A DNA stretch of 64,000 nt from Nitrosopumilus sp. Lineage in GTDB: Archaea; Thermoproteota; Nitrososphaeria; Nitrososphaerales; Nitrosopumilaceae. The DNA lies in contig CBDBCE010000004.1 in the NCBI GenBank assembly GCA_965203315.1, positions 277,629 to 341,628 on the forward strand, in the 5' to 3' direction. The notes beneath the pieces were generated by a model. That model ran no database searches. It saw only the letters and a list, made by a program, of their open reading frames with translations, and had not been told where the DNA came from. Made by a program: the position numbers and the translations under genes. Positions 41,521 through 51,598 of the stretch are shown here, piece by piece (position 1 is the stretch's first letter; each line of letters begins with the position of its first letter).

Positions 41521-42351
41521 ATGCATAGCAATGCAGAGTTGAATAAAAGACGAATAGATAATCTACTAGACGAAGCGACTGCTTTATTATCCAAGGGAAG
41601 AAATAAAGAAGCGCTAGTAGTTTGTGATGAGGTACTGAGTATAGATCCAACAGATCAATATGCACATGTTTTTAAAACTACGATATATAGCAGATTACGA
41701 CTATACGAAAAAGGACTCAAAAGTATTGGACTAGCGTTAAAGTATGGAGATCCTGATTTAAGACTAGATCACATAATCGTAAAGATCGAGATATTGTATA
41801 ATTGTGGTAGATTTGAAGAATCGTTAGCACTAATAGATGAAGCGATAAAAGATGGTGTAGAGCCTTCAGAATTGGCATTCTTGAAGGGTCTATCATTACA
41901 CGGAAAGTACACCATGATCATGGATTATACTATTGCAAAGCAGATATTACATTGTTACAAGGAAGCGTTAAAAACCGGTCATGATCGTCATGATATTTTC
42001 TATAATATGGGGAGACTATTCAGTAATATTAAAAGATATGACACCTCAGTAAAATATTTTGATCGTTCACTATCAATTAATCCAACAAATAGCCAAGTCA
42101 TGGTAGAGAAGGCAGTTGCACTCTATCATGGCGACAGAACAGAAGAAGCAGCAGAGTGTTGCATGGATCTAGTACGACTCGAACCAAATGATGCTGGTGT
42201 ACAATACAAACTCTGTTACGTACTCTTTAGTCTTGGTCTAGTCCATGAGGCATTAGATGCAGTAAACATAGCATACCGTCTAGACCCTTCTCTTCCAGGT
42301 ATCGAAAAAACTAGAAAAGTAATAAGAACAGAATTCGAATCTCCAACCTAA
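41521..42351 (+). CDS. TPR-repeat protein
   Basis: Repeated helical units ending LSIDP, LSINP, LEP, RLDP. Confidence 0.88.
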   Translation: MHSNAELNKRRIDNLLDEATALLSKGRNKEALVVCDEVLSIDPTDQYAHVFKTTIYSRLRLYEKGLKSIGLALKYGDPDLRLDHIIVKIEILYNCGRFEESLALIDEAIKDGVEPSELAFLKGLSLHGKYTMIMDYTIAKQILHCYKEALKTGHDRHDIFYNMGRLFSNIKRYDTSVKYFDRSLSINPTNSQVMVEKAVALYHGDRTEEAAECCMDLVRLEPNDAGVQYKLCYVLFSLGLVHEALDAVNIAYRLDPSLPGIEKTRKVIRTEFESPT

Positions 42352-42467
42352 TTTCACCACTTAACCATGGATTCACCATCAACCCCTAACATAAATTACA
42401 TCAATAAATTGGGCAAACCGTACACACTGAAATTATGCCTTCCATCTCTATGTGCGGCAGAAATTTA

Positions 42468-42626
42468 GGTTCTGTTACTTTGATTGGGTTGACAGTTTTG
42501 CTAAATATTCTCTAAAACTTTACAAAATGTAAGCGATGTTGCGTATTGCATATTGTAAATCATCATCGTTTCAAGTTGTATAATAGGTGCGCGTAATTGA
42601 GAATTTGTCTGTAGTCAAAAATAACC
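42468..42626 (+). mobile_element. degenerate MITE family A-like relic
   Basis: GGTTCTGTT start, AAACTTTACAAAAT block, ...AATAACC end. Confidence 0.4.
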
Positions 42627-42898
42627 ATATGTGATTAATTTTGACTCTAGAAATGTATAATTTTTGCCACATTTGCGATGTATACATGATCAGTAACAAT
42701 GCATACGATCCAGTATACCTTCGAGATTGAGTCACATCGATCTCAACCTCTTAGTAGAGCCCATGTTTGATTATGAATCATTGTTACGATCCGACTCAAC
42801 TGTGGACAAGAGAGATGCATCTCCTTCAATTACAAGTTTGTACGTTGTACAAGTACTAAACAAAATGTAAATAAACAATACTACATTACACAAATGAT

Positions 42899-43903
42899 AT
42901 GGCAGCAAAACGAAAGACCACAAAGAAAGATCTAGAAGCCAAGATCGCAGAGTTGGAAGCACAGCTATCAAAACTAGAGGCTACTGTTGAAAAGCCATCT
43001 GAGGCAGCAAAAGAGAAACCTAAGACTAGCACGAAACCAGAACCAACTAAAGCTGAACCTACAAAACCCAAAGGTACACTACCCAAGGGATTTGAAGCCA
43101 AAGCTGAACCACCAAAACCAAAACCAGAACCAACTAAAGCTGAACCTACAAAACCCAAAGGTACACTACCCAAGGGATTTGAAGCCAAAGCTGAACCACC
43201 AAAGCCAAAACCAGAACCAACCAAAGCTGAACCTACAAAACCCAAAGGTACACTACCAAAGGGATTTGAAGCCAAAGCTGAACCACCAAAGCCAACTCCT
43301 AAAGAAGATACTGCACAACCTCCAGTGACATATCAAGCAGCACTAGAAGACGCGTACTATAACTCACCACAGACAGACTTTCATCAATATCGAGCAAAAG
43401 TTACAGGATACTCTCCTGCACCAAACCGCTACTTTGTTAGACGAACAGCTCCTGTGGGAAAAGTTCCGACAACTAACTGGAATGAACAAAAGGCAACCGT
43501 TACTGGATATACACAACCGTCAAACCAATACTTTGCAACTCGCCCTCGTCTAGCATATCATCCGCCTGATAAGACCTTTGGTGGATTTAGTGGCGTAGCT
43601 ATGACTGTTGAAGGTGTAGCACAACATGCACCTCCACCACAGACTGAATCTCCAAAACCTGATGTAAAGAGTGATACAAATGCACCTCCACCACAGACTT
43701 CGACAAAGTCACGTAGTGAACAACTAGCAGAGTACGAAAAAGGCTATCTAGAGAGGCTAGAAGAGCAAACCATAACAGAGTCAGCTCCTGAAGAGACACA
43801 ACCAGAACCCTCTATTCGTGGTACTCTACCCAAAGGCTTTGAACCAAAACCTAAACCAGAATCTCCAAAAAAATCTAGAGGAACATTGCCGAAAGGTTTT
43901 TGA
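42899..43903 (+). CDS. KPKGTLPKGF-repeat protein, paralog 2
   Basis: Same architecture as 15163; ends GTLPKGF. Confidence 0.85.
   Translation: MAAKRKTTKKDLEAKIAELEAQLSKLEATVEKPSEAAKEKPKTSTKPEPTKAEPTKPKGTLPKGFEAKAEPPKPKPEPTKAEPTKPKGTLPKGFEAKAEPPKPKPEPTKAEPTKPKGTLPKGFEAKAEPPKPTPKEDTAQPPVTYQAALEDAYYNSPQTDFHQYRAKVTGYSPAPNRYFVRRTAPVGKVPTTNWNEQKATVTGYTQPSNQYFATRPRLAYHPPDKTFGGFSGVAMTVEGVAQHAPPPQTESPKPDVKSDTNAPPPQTSTKSRSEQLAEYEKGYLERLEEQTITESAPEETQPEPSIRGTLPKGFEPKPKPESPKKSRGTLPKGF
43034..43294 (+). repeat. 87-bp coding tandem repeat x3
   Basis: Units at 43034, 43121, 43208. Confidence 0.9.
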
Positions 43904-43916
43904 TCCCCTAACTTAT

Positions 43917-44375
43917 TTATTTTATAAAATCTTTCAACACTTGCATTGCATGTCCTGCAGGCTTTACTTTTGAATACGTCTTGAATATTGTACCCTTCTC
44001 ATCTATGAGAAATGTACTGCGATTCACGCCCATGTACTCACGCCCCATGAACTTTTTCTTTCCCCATACCCCAAATGCATTGGCAATCTTTTTGTCAGTA
44101 TCTGTAAGTAGTGTATACTCGATATTCATCTTTTTACAAAATTTTTGATGCGATGTAACATCGTCTGGGCTTACTCCGACTATCTCGATATTGGCATCTT
44201 GAAACTTTTTTAGGTTTTTAGTAAACTCGTCTGCTTGTGTGGTGCATCCTGGTGTAAAGTCTTTCGGATAAAAGTAGAGCACATATCTCTTGCCTATCAT
44301 GTCTGACGATCTAACCTTTCGGCCTTCTGTGTCTACTCCTTCAAACTTGGGAACTTGATCGCCTTCGCTAACCGT
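43917..44375 (-). CDS. bcp: thioredoxin-dependent peroxiredoxin BCP/PrxQ (apparent ACG start)
   Basis: YFYPKDFTPGCT; frame extends upstream to ACG-VSEGDQVPKF, giving the usual ~152 aa. Confidence 0.88.
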   Translation of the reverse strand, partial: TVSEGDQVPKFEGVDTEGRKVRSSDMIGKRYVLYFYPKDFTPGCTTQADEFTKNLKKFQDANIEIVGVSPDDVTSHQKFCKKMNIEYTLLTDTDKKIANAFGVWGKKKFMGREYMGVNRSTFLIDEKGTIFKTYSKVKPAGHAMQVLKDFIK

Positions 44376-44381
44376 GATTTT

Positions 44382-44410
44382 TCACTATATCTCACTATAT
44401 CTCACTATAC
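44382..44410. repeat. 10-bp tandem repeat (TCACTATATC) x~3 in bcp promoter
   Basis: Directly visible. Confidence 0.85.
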
Positions 44411-44523
44411 TTAATCGCTTTGTGTGTAACACATGTGTGGAATAGGTGTATGGTTTGTCATCGCTGTTCATTCTCGAGTTTACTTCGAATCTTTTATATG
44501 GATACTGTCAAGGCGTTATCCTG

Positions 44524-45225
44524 ATGGTTAACACCCGCGCATATCTGGCAGAAGCGATATCTACATACGGTCTAGTATTCTTTGGTCCTCTTTCTGTTAT
44601 ACTGGCTATTGCATCTTTTGGTGAAGAACTTAGTACTCAATCTGTTCTGTTTATCTCTCTTGGACATGGTGGAGCTATAGCTTTAATGATCTATGCTTTT
44701 GGTCACATATCTGGTGCTCACATCAATCCTGCTGTTACTATACCGATGATGATTACAAAAAAGATTGGTGTTGTCGATGGTATTGGATACATCGCATCAC
44801 AACTTGTAGGTGCAGTCGCAGCAGCTGCTACTCTTAAAGCAATATTGCCTGAACTTGGAGCTAGAGTAAACTTTGGAACTCAGGGTGGTCCAAGTGAGCT
44901 GATCGATAACAGTATTAGCTCTGGCTTTGCAATAGAAGCAATTCTGACGTTCTTTTTGGTGACGGTAATCTTTATGAGTGCAGTACACAAGCGCGCTTCG
45001 CCTGGATGGCATGGATTTACTATAGGTGGTATGGTATTCTTGATACATCTGATAGCTGTTCCTCTTACCGGCGCATCAGTCAATCCTGCACGAACCTTTG
45101 GACCTGCACTGATATCTGGTTTCTGGGAGTTTCACTGGCTTTATTGGGTAGCACCGATCTTGGGTGGAATAATTGCAGGTCTGATTATGAACTATGTCTT
45201 TGTCAAAAATGAAGACGAATCATAA
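44524..45225 (+). CDS. aqpM: aquaporin (MIP family)
   Basis: Two NPA motifs (HINPAVT, SVNPART); start set at ATG MVNTRAYLAE. Confidence 0.93.
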   Translation: MVNTRAYLAEAISTYGLVFFGPLSVILAIASFGEELSTQSVLFISLGHGGAIALMIYAFGHISGAHINPAVTIPMMITKKIGVVDGIGYIASQLVGAVAAAATLKAILPELGARVNFGTQGGPSELIDNSISSGFAIEAILTFFLVTVIFMSAVHKRASPGWHGFTIGGMVFLIHLIAVPLTGASVNPARTFGPALISGFWEFHWLYWVAPILGGIIAGLIMNYVFVKNEDES

Positions 45226-45245
45226 CATTTAAAGAAATTATAACA

Positions 45246-45608
45246 TTGCCTAGTACCATGAATGAGACATTTGACCTAGAGTATAGTAAGTTGAGTGATC
45301 TCATAGCCCATGCAACATCACATGATCTTACCATAGCAGAGATCGTGTCAACATATCATCAGATTATTCATGTCTCTTCCATGTGCACAGCTCTACGAGA
45401 TAAAACTGATAATCTAAAGATCACACAAACAGAAGAGATGATAACAAACTTTGTTCGTGATGTTCAACCCAAGATACTTGCCAACCTTGATACCTCGATA
45501 CGAACAATGACTACTGCTCTAGAGAACGATCCTCAATCTGGTTCATTTGATGATCTACGAGCGATGATGAGTACACGCGAATTTGTCACACAATATCAAA
45601 GACTTTGA
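45246..45608 (+). CDS. hypothetical protein
   Basis: ORF in apparent operon; alternative ATG at 45258. Confidence 0.65.
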   Translation: MPSTMNETFDLEYSKLSDLIAHATSHDLTIAEIVSTYHQIIHVSSMCTALRDKTDNLKITQTEEMITNFVRDVQPKILANLDTSIRTMTTALENDPQSGSFDDLRAMMSTREFVTQYQRL

Positions 45609-46398
45609 TCATCTAGCAAGATCTCTTGCAAGTATCAAAGACGAGTTTACAAAGACACATGTTGGTAACAGTCTACAAGAACCAATTCCGTTGTCCATGG
45701 ACTCGATACCAGTAGATCATCTGGACCATCTACACAAGTTTGCTACCAGTAATATACTGTACCATACACACCACACTGAGACGATATCTGGCATCGAATG
45801 TACTGTTTATGATGGTGATACCGATCGATACTGGCTTGCTAGCATACAACATAAAGAGAGTAATGCTCCATTCTCACCTACTTGGATCATATCAGCATAT
45901 GTGTTGGCAAGACTCTGTCTACATCTGGGATACAAAGAGATAGTAGATATCGGCTCTGGAGATGGCCGAATAGCATTCTGCGCGTCTCTACTCGGAATGA
46001 GATCATACAGTATAGAGATTACTCCTAGTTTGGTCAAGTTACAAAAGAGCTTTACTGGTGTCTGTGATTTTGTACCTTTTTGTAGCGACGCGACCTCGTT
46101 TGACTATTCCGCGTTGGGACTATGTCGTCCTGCATTCTTTATTGGCGGTCTAGCGCAGATGGGAGGTTTCGAATTGGCATCGAATGTAATCTCTCTGGTA
46201 GACTCAATACCTGACACGTGTTGGGTACTTGCTGGGACTATCTCTCCCAAATATGCAATAGATCCAAAAGGCGATGCAGGGTGGGGCACATTTATTGAAC
46301 AACAAAGTTTGGAGACCATCTACACTATTGACCTGCCTACTGCATGGACCATACATGTGGACTCGACTCGATATGTATTTGCAAGATCTCTTATTTGA
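45583..46398 (+). CDS. class I SAM-dependent methyltransferase-like protein
   Basis: IVDIGSGDGR motif I, SIE. Confidence 0.75.
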   Translation: MSHNIKDFDHLARSLASIKDEFTKTHVGNSLQEPIPLSMDSIPVDHLDHLHKFATSNILYHTHHTETISGIECTVYDGDTDRYWLASIQHKESNAPFSPTWIISAYVLARLCLHLGYKEIVDIGSGDGRIAFCASLLGMRSYSIEITPSLVKLQKSFTGVCDFVPFCSDATSFDYSALGLCRPAFFIGGLAQMGGFELASNVISLVDSIPDTCWVLAGTISPKYAIDPKGDAGWGTFIEQQSLETIYTIDLPTAWTIHVDSTRYVFARSLI

Positions 46399-46444
46399 TC
46401 TCTGGGATTAATGATTGAAATAAGAGCTAAATGTTGTCTCTATT

Positions 46445-46519
46445 GGACTCGTTGCATAGCATGGATAGTGCGAACGCTTGCGGAGCGTTAGGTCGCCGGT
46501 TCGAATCCGGTCGGGTCCG
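46445..46519 (+). tRNA. tRNA-Arg(GCG)
   Basis: Acceptor GGACTCG/CGGGTCC, anticodon arm AACGC-TTGCGGA-GCGTT, T-loop GGTTCGAATCC. Confidence 0.96.
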
Positions 46520-46571
46520 CTCTACCGTGATGTTAAATCAGAGATAAATATCCTACATTGATTCAACACAC

Positions 46572-47174
46572 ATGGATCCTACAATTCTCAAAGTCATCGA
46601 TGATTTAGAACGACAGTCTATGCTAGAGAAGACTCGCCAAGTTGATGTCCCATCAAAAGATAGAATGTTGGCCATAACTAGAGAGACTGGTCAATTGTTA
46701 AACATGATTCTGCGCATAAATAATGCAAAACGTGTTCTAGAGATAGGAACATCTGTTGGCTATTCTGCTATATGGTGTGCTGAAGCAGTCTTACCACAAG
46801 GACATATAGTGACAATAGAACAGAATCCATCCAAGATCGAACGAGCAATGAGAAACTTTGATGCAGCCAAAGTATCTCATCTGGTTGAGATTCGCCAAGG
46901 TGCAGCCACCCAAGTTCTTGGAGAGTTGAATAGAGATCCTCCAGATCCATTTGATCTAGTACTGATCGATGCGGACAAAGAGAACGTTGTTTCATACTTT
47001 GACCTAGTACTGCCACTAACTGTCAAAGGTGGCATCATAGTCACTGACAATATGTTGTATCCAGAAAAGTATCGCAACGAGATGCAGCAACTAGCTAGAC
47101 ATATACGCGATCTAGGACTGTGGACAGTTACTCTCGACGTTGGAAATGGTGAAGAGATCACTATCAAATCATAA
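46572..47174 (+). CDS. O-methyltransferase (family 3)
   Basis: LEIGTSVGYS, IDADK, VTDN. Confidence 0.9.
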   Translation: MDPTILKVIDDLERQSMLEKTRQVDVPSKDRMLAITRETGQLLNMILRINNAKRVLEIGTSVGYSAIWCAEAVLPQGHIVTIEQNPSKIERAMRNFDAAKVSHLVEIRQGAATQVLGELNRDPPDPFDLVLIDADKENVVSYFDLVLPLTVKGGIIVTDNMLYPEKYRNEMQQLARHIRDLGLWTVTLDVGNGEEITIKS

Positions 47175-47265
47175 ATCTAGTGTGTCTACTAAACTCTGAC
47201 TGATGATATCTTGTGCCATTTCAGATAAAAGAAAGAGATAATAGGTTTAACAATGTAATAAAAGT

Positions 47266-47625
47266 ATGAGTGAAGATGGTAAATATATTCAAAAATTCCT
47301 AAAACGAGCAAATAGAGCAATAGATGAAGGGATACAGAAAGCAGATGATATTCTCGAAGATGCAGTAGAGTTTGGAACAATAACTGCAAAGCAAGCAGCA
47401 AAGACGAGTAAAGATGTCCACGCTTATGCGATGAAAGAGAAGGACAAACTTGCCAAGAGTGGTTCAGAAAAGATCGCAAAAGCGGTAGATGGCGCAAAAA
47501 AGATGTCTATGGATCAAGAAGAACAACTCACAATTCTAGAAAAGTTGGGACAGCTGCGAAATGACGGAATACTTACAGAAGAAGAGTTTCAAGAAAAGAA
47601 GAAAAAGATCTTGGATAGAATATAA
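47266..47625 (+). CDS. SHOCT-domain protein
   Basis: LEKLGQLRNDGILTEEEFQEKKKKIL. Confidence 0.85.
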   Translation: MSEDGKYIQKFLKRANRAIDEGIQKADDILEDAVEFGTITAKQAAKTSKDVHAYAMKEKDKLAKSGSEKIAKAVDGAKKMSMDQEEQLTILEKLGQLRNDGILTEEEFQEKKKKILDRI

Positions 47626-47627
47626 CC

Positions 47628-48080
47628 ATGAAATCAAACATCAACGGGCAGAACGATAAGCGAGACGTAGATCAACGCTGGTTTACGGGCAAGACGTGGA
47701 TGAAGGTACTGTCTAAAAAGATAGGGTCTACTATGCAAGACATCTATCATGTACACTTTGAGAATGGTTCTAGAACAAAACTCCATCAACATAATGGGGA
47801 TCAAGTCTTGATCGTAACTAAAGGTATTGGTAGCTTGGAGATATTTAGCAAGATTGGAACAGACAAGAGATCATTCGCCATAAAACGTACAAAGAGACTC
47901 AAATTAAAGACCGGTGATATAGTGCACATTACATCAGGTACACTTCACACACACGGTTCTATTGATGACTCTGAAACATTCTCTCACATTGCTCTTAATG
48001 TACTGCCACGCAAGAATGCAATATACAAGACAGTCTGGTACGAATCTGACGAAAAGACCCAAGTCGTCGGAATAATCTAA
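47628..48080 (+). CDS. cupin-domain protein
   Basis: LHQH...Q and G...HTHG cupin motifs. Confidence 0.85.
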   Translation: MKSNINGQNDKRDVDQRWFTGKTWMKVLSKKIGSTMQDIYHVHFENGSRTKLHQHNGDQVLIVTKGIGSLEIFSKIGTDKRSFAIKRTKRLKLKTGDIVHITSGTLHTHGSIDDSETFSHIALNVLPRKNAIYKTVWYESDEKTQVVGII

Positions 48081-48243
48081 TCTTTATGACGCAAGATTCA
48101 ATGTAATGTAACTAGTTGTCTGCCACGTCTATATCCACATTCGAGAGCAAAGATTATTGACGATCTCTTGAGTTGATACGCAAGAATGGTTAATTTCTGT
48201 ATTATATGTCTGATCGATTTATGATTCTCTTGATAGGTTACAC

Positions 48244-48362
48244 GGATCTTTTAGATTTACACGGGGTGACCTTTTGGAATATTTTTTTCCTAAAACTGCT
48301 CCTAAAAGTCTAATAGTAACTTTTTCTGTCAAAATCACATCTCGCATAAATCGAAGAGATCC
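48244..48362 (+). mobile_element. MITE family B
   Basis: GGATCTTTTAGATTTA...TAAATCGAAGAGATCC. Confidence 0.8.
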
Positions 48363-48558
48363 TACAACGTTATCACATAATTTGAGAATCGTATTCCGTA
48401 CTGTTGTCCATCGTGTAGCAAAGAGCCTGATCTTCTATCCCTTCTCGTGGTCACAGGTACAAAAATGAGTGAAAACCTATCTCTGCGTATGTGTGACTCT
48501 ACTAGATGAGTTTTGAATGTTCAACGCTTTTGGTTTGTATAGAAAAACCGTCAACTAT

Positions 48559-48697
48559 AGACTGTATGCGTATTATTAAGAGTGCCCATGTCCAATCATC
48601 AAACATGGTAACAATGAATCAATTTGCCTCTAGAAATCACACTTTTTTTATTGTACCTCAAAATGTGCATATGATGTAAGAAATACGCATACAGTCT
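48559..48697 (+). mobile_element. MITE family C (~140 bp)
   Basis: Perfect terminal IR AGACTGTATGCGTATT...AATACGCATACAGTCT, flanked by TAT on both sides. Confidence 0.88.
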
Positions 48698-48797
48698 TAT
48701 GATGTCAAAGATTGAATCTTGTGGCTATTTATGATTATTCATGATATCCTGTATATTGCTATGATTTAAAAAATGGTATGATTGCTTTATCAATAGA

Positions 48798-49571
48798 TTG
48801 GTTGCACAAAAATGGTTCAAGCACCAAAAGGAAGCAATAATTTATCTAAATTGCCACATGTATGACAAAGCTCTCACACAGATCGACAAAGCGCTCGTGT
48901 CTGCGAAAACGTCCATTGCACAAGGGTCATGTACCAGAGTAAAGGCAATTGTACTACACTTTCTTTCTAGGTACAATGAAGCATTAAAATGCAATGACAA
49001 GGCAATAAAACTGCATCCTAAACTTACAATACCTTGTCTAGAACAAAAGGCAATAACTCTACAAATGCTTGATAGATATGAAGAATCAATCGAATGTGTT
49101 AAAGAGGTGTTGTCTCGTTCCCCAGATCGAGAATCTGCAACTCTATTACAAAGCGTAAATGCTGTATCACTACACTCTCTTGGCAAATTTGATAGAGCAC
49201 TTCGATCTATTAATCTGGCAATAAGCAACTCTTATGCGTCTACGTGGTTCAACTATGGTGTAAAGGCAGATATTCTGTATTCTCTTGGCAGACTCGATGA
49301 CGCTCTAGATTGTATTAACGCTGCATTATATCTAAATTCAGATCGTAAGATGATAAATCTTGCCACAAAGGCAAAGATACTACGAGTACTTGGCAGACAT
49401 GATGAAGCACTCGAGTGCACCAACAGCGCATTAAAGCTAGTAGAGCATCCTCCAATCGAAAAACCGAACACAACTAGAAAGGGTAGTATATCACATTCTC
49501 TTGATGGTATCTATAGCGATCTAGTATATCGATCCTACACTAGTAAATGGTCATACCAACGTTCAAACTAG
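48798..49571 (+). CDS. TPR-repeat protein
   Basis: Repeated KA..L..L.R..EA..C...A units. Confidence 0.85.
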   Translation: MVAQKWFKHQKEAIIYLNCHMYDKALTQIDKALVSAKTSIAQGSCTRVKAIVLHFLSRYNEALKCNDKAIKLHPKLTIPCLEQKAITLQMLDRYEESIECVKEVLSRSPDRESATLLQSVNAVSLHSLGKFDRALRSINLAISNSYASTWFNYGVKADILYSLGRLDDALDCINAALYLNSDRKMINLATKAKILRVLGRHDEALECTNSALKLVEHPPIEKPNTTRKGSISHSLDGIYSDLVYRSYTSKWSYQRSN

Positions 49572-49854
49572 TCGCGCCTAGTATGTGCAGTTGATTTTAC
49601 ACTCAAATTTATGATCAACCTAGTCTATTGCGTTATGTGTAAATTTTAAAATAGAATGACAAGAGTCAGAGATACTGAAATTCATTAACAACAATGAATT
49701 TGAACATGTTACAAAACTCGACTATATCTGCTGAATATTTTGTTAGACTGCCAAATTTTTGAACATGTACTACAACTAATTCTCGACACAAGATTGCTGT
49801 ATTGAATAATTGATTTTGTAGTTACGCTGGTCTTACCACGGTGTTTATCACACC

Positions 49855-49995
49855 ATACTGTATGCGTATTTCTTACATCATACTCACGTTTTAAGGTACA
49901 ATAACACACTGGTGTAATTTCTAGAGGCAAATCGATTCATTGTTATCGTGTTTGATGACGGGACATGGGCACTCTTAATAATGCGCATACCGTCT
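49855..49995 (-). mobile_element. MITE family C
   Basis: Reverse-complement copy of 48559-48697. Confidence 0.88.
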
Positions 49996-50138
49996 ACAAA
50001 ATTCATCGAGTTGTTTATGTTGATCATCATTCACAAGTTTATGTAAAGATTATACAAAATGATCGCCAATCTTTTTCTAGCCATGTATTGTGGAGTCTTG
50101 TGGAATCATTTATCTAATGACTTGTAAAATAGTCTATA

Positions 50139-50534
50139 GTGAATTGTATATTCTGTAGGATAGTGTCATCTGAGATCCCTGCCAAAGTTTTACAGACCAC
50201 AAAGCACTCTGTGGCGTTTCTTGATGCATTTCCACTAGCTAGGGGGCACGTACTTGTGATTCCTAAGAAACATTATGAAAAACTCCAAGATTTGGGCAAT
50301 GAGGAAAACTCTGATCTATTTGATCTAGTTAATACATTGACATCTAGAGTGGATCTACTCACCGGAGCGACATTGATTGCAATTCACAACGGCAAGCAAG
50401 CAGGGCAAGATATCCCCCATGTTCATGTTCATATCGTCCCACGCAGTTTGGACGATGGTGCAGGATCTATACACAGCATGTTTAAAAAAACTGATATCAC
50501 AGACTCTGATGTATATGATCGTCTAAAAGGCTAG
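50139..50534 (+). CDS. HIT family hydrolase
   Basis: CIFC, GHVLVIPK, HVHVHIVPR. Confidence 0.93.
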   Translation: MNCIFCRIVSSEIPAKVLQTTKHSVAFLDAFPLARGHVLVIPKKHYEKLQDLGNEENSDLFDLVNTLTSRVDLLTGATLIAIHNGKQAGQDIPHVHVHIVPRSLDDGAGSIHSMFKKTDITDSDVYDRLKG

Positions 50535-51193
50535 TAAGGAAACAGTCTCTCATTGGCGTCTAGATCATCTACGATTATTGCTTTTGTAGGACATGTCTTG
50601 GCTGCATTCATTATCTTGTTGAATCCTGCTCCTTTTTGGTTGATCACTGATGATTTTGGATTTAGGTTTCGTGTCTTGTCTATTTCAAAGACTTGGGGAG
50701 CAATTGTCTCACAGCTACAACATCCGATGCAGAGACTCTTGTCTACGTTGACAAATAGATTTGGCTGTTTTTTAGGCTCTTCTGCTTTATCAAATTCGCC
50801 ATTCTTTCCATCAGCTCGTATCTTGGCATTGTACTCTTCCCAAAATTTTTTCTCATACTCTCTCCAAAAATCTGGATCTTCAGACTCGAACTCTTTGGTA
50901 TATTTGGACCAATCTTGTTCTGGAGTTTTTTGATCTTCTGGAACACCCCACTGATGTCGTGTCTTAAAGTTTGATTGAGAACTAGATCGAGTCTCTGAGA
51001 TAACATTCTCTGTAGTTGTATCCTTGAGAAGGTTGTATGCTTCTGTTATATTTTTAAACTCTTCACTGCAATCTTTATCTAGATTTTTGTCAGGATGTAG
51101 CTCTAGTACCAGTCTCCTATACGTCGTCTTGATCTCAGTAGCCGAAGAGTTTCCATTAACTCCCAATATCTGTTGAGCCTGATATCTATTCAT
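50531..51193 (-). CDS. DnaJ-ferredoxin fusion (DnaJ-Fer)
   Basis: J domain with HPD; CIGCCSC...CP ferredoxin. Confidence 0.92.
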   Translation of the reverse strand: MNRYQAQQILGVNGNSSATEIKTTYRRLVLELHPDKNLDKDCSEEFKNITEAYNLLKDTTTENVISETRSSSQSNFKTRHQWGVPEDQKTPEQDWSKYTKEFESEDPDFWREYEKKFWEEYNAKIRADGKNGEFDKAEEPKKQPNLFVNVDKSLCIGCCSCETIAPQVFEIDKTRNLNPKSSVINQKGAGFNKIMNAAKTCPTKAIIVDDLDANERLFPY

Positions 51194-51457
51194 TATCTAT
51201 ATACGATATTACGTGTTTTAAAACACTTGCTCAATCAATATCTGGGAGCTATTCGTGATTTGTTCTCATACAGTCTTAATTATTCATAATATGCATACTT
51301 GGTCAAAAACAATCTATACTGTATCTGATGCAATCCTTCTCTAAAAGAGAGTCACAAACAGACTATTCTGAGACTGCAGAGTGCTAATGGTTCTAGCCAA
51401 GTTGGTAGTTTTGGTAGGAAAAATGCTACCGCAAACGAGTATCACGAAACCACCCTT

Positions 51458-51598
51458 GGACTGTATGCGTATTTCTTGTATCTTACGCACATTTTAACGT
51501 ACAATAAAACACAGGCGTAATTTTTAGAGGCAAATTGATTCATTGTTGTCATGTTTGATGATTGGACATGGGCACTCTTAATAATGCGCATACAGTCT
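51458..51598 (-). mobile_element. MITE family C
   Basis: GGACTGTATGCGTATT...AATGCGCATACAGTCT. Confidence 0.88.

Noticed and set aside
15751-43593. Near-identical pair as DGR template/variable repeat
   Set aside because: Differences are mostly synonymous and not adenine-specific, both copies are coding, and there is no reverse transcriptase.
46445-46519. tRNA-Arg as integration site
   Set aside because: No duplicated 3' end or integrase found in the window.
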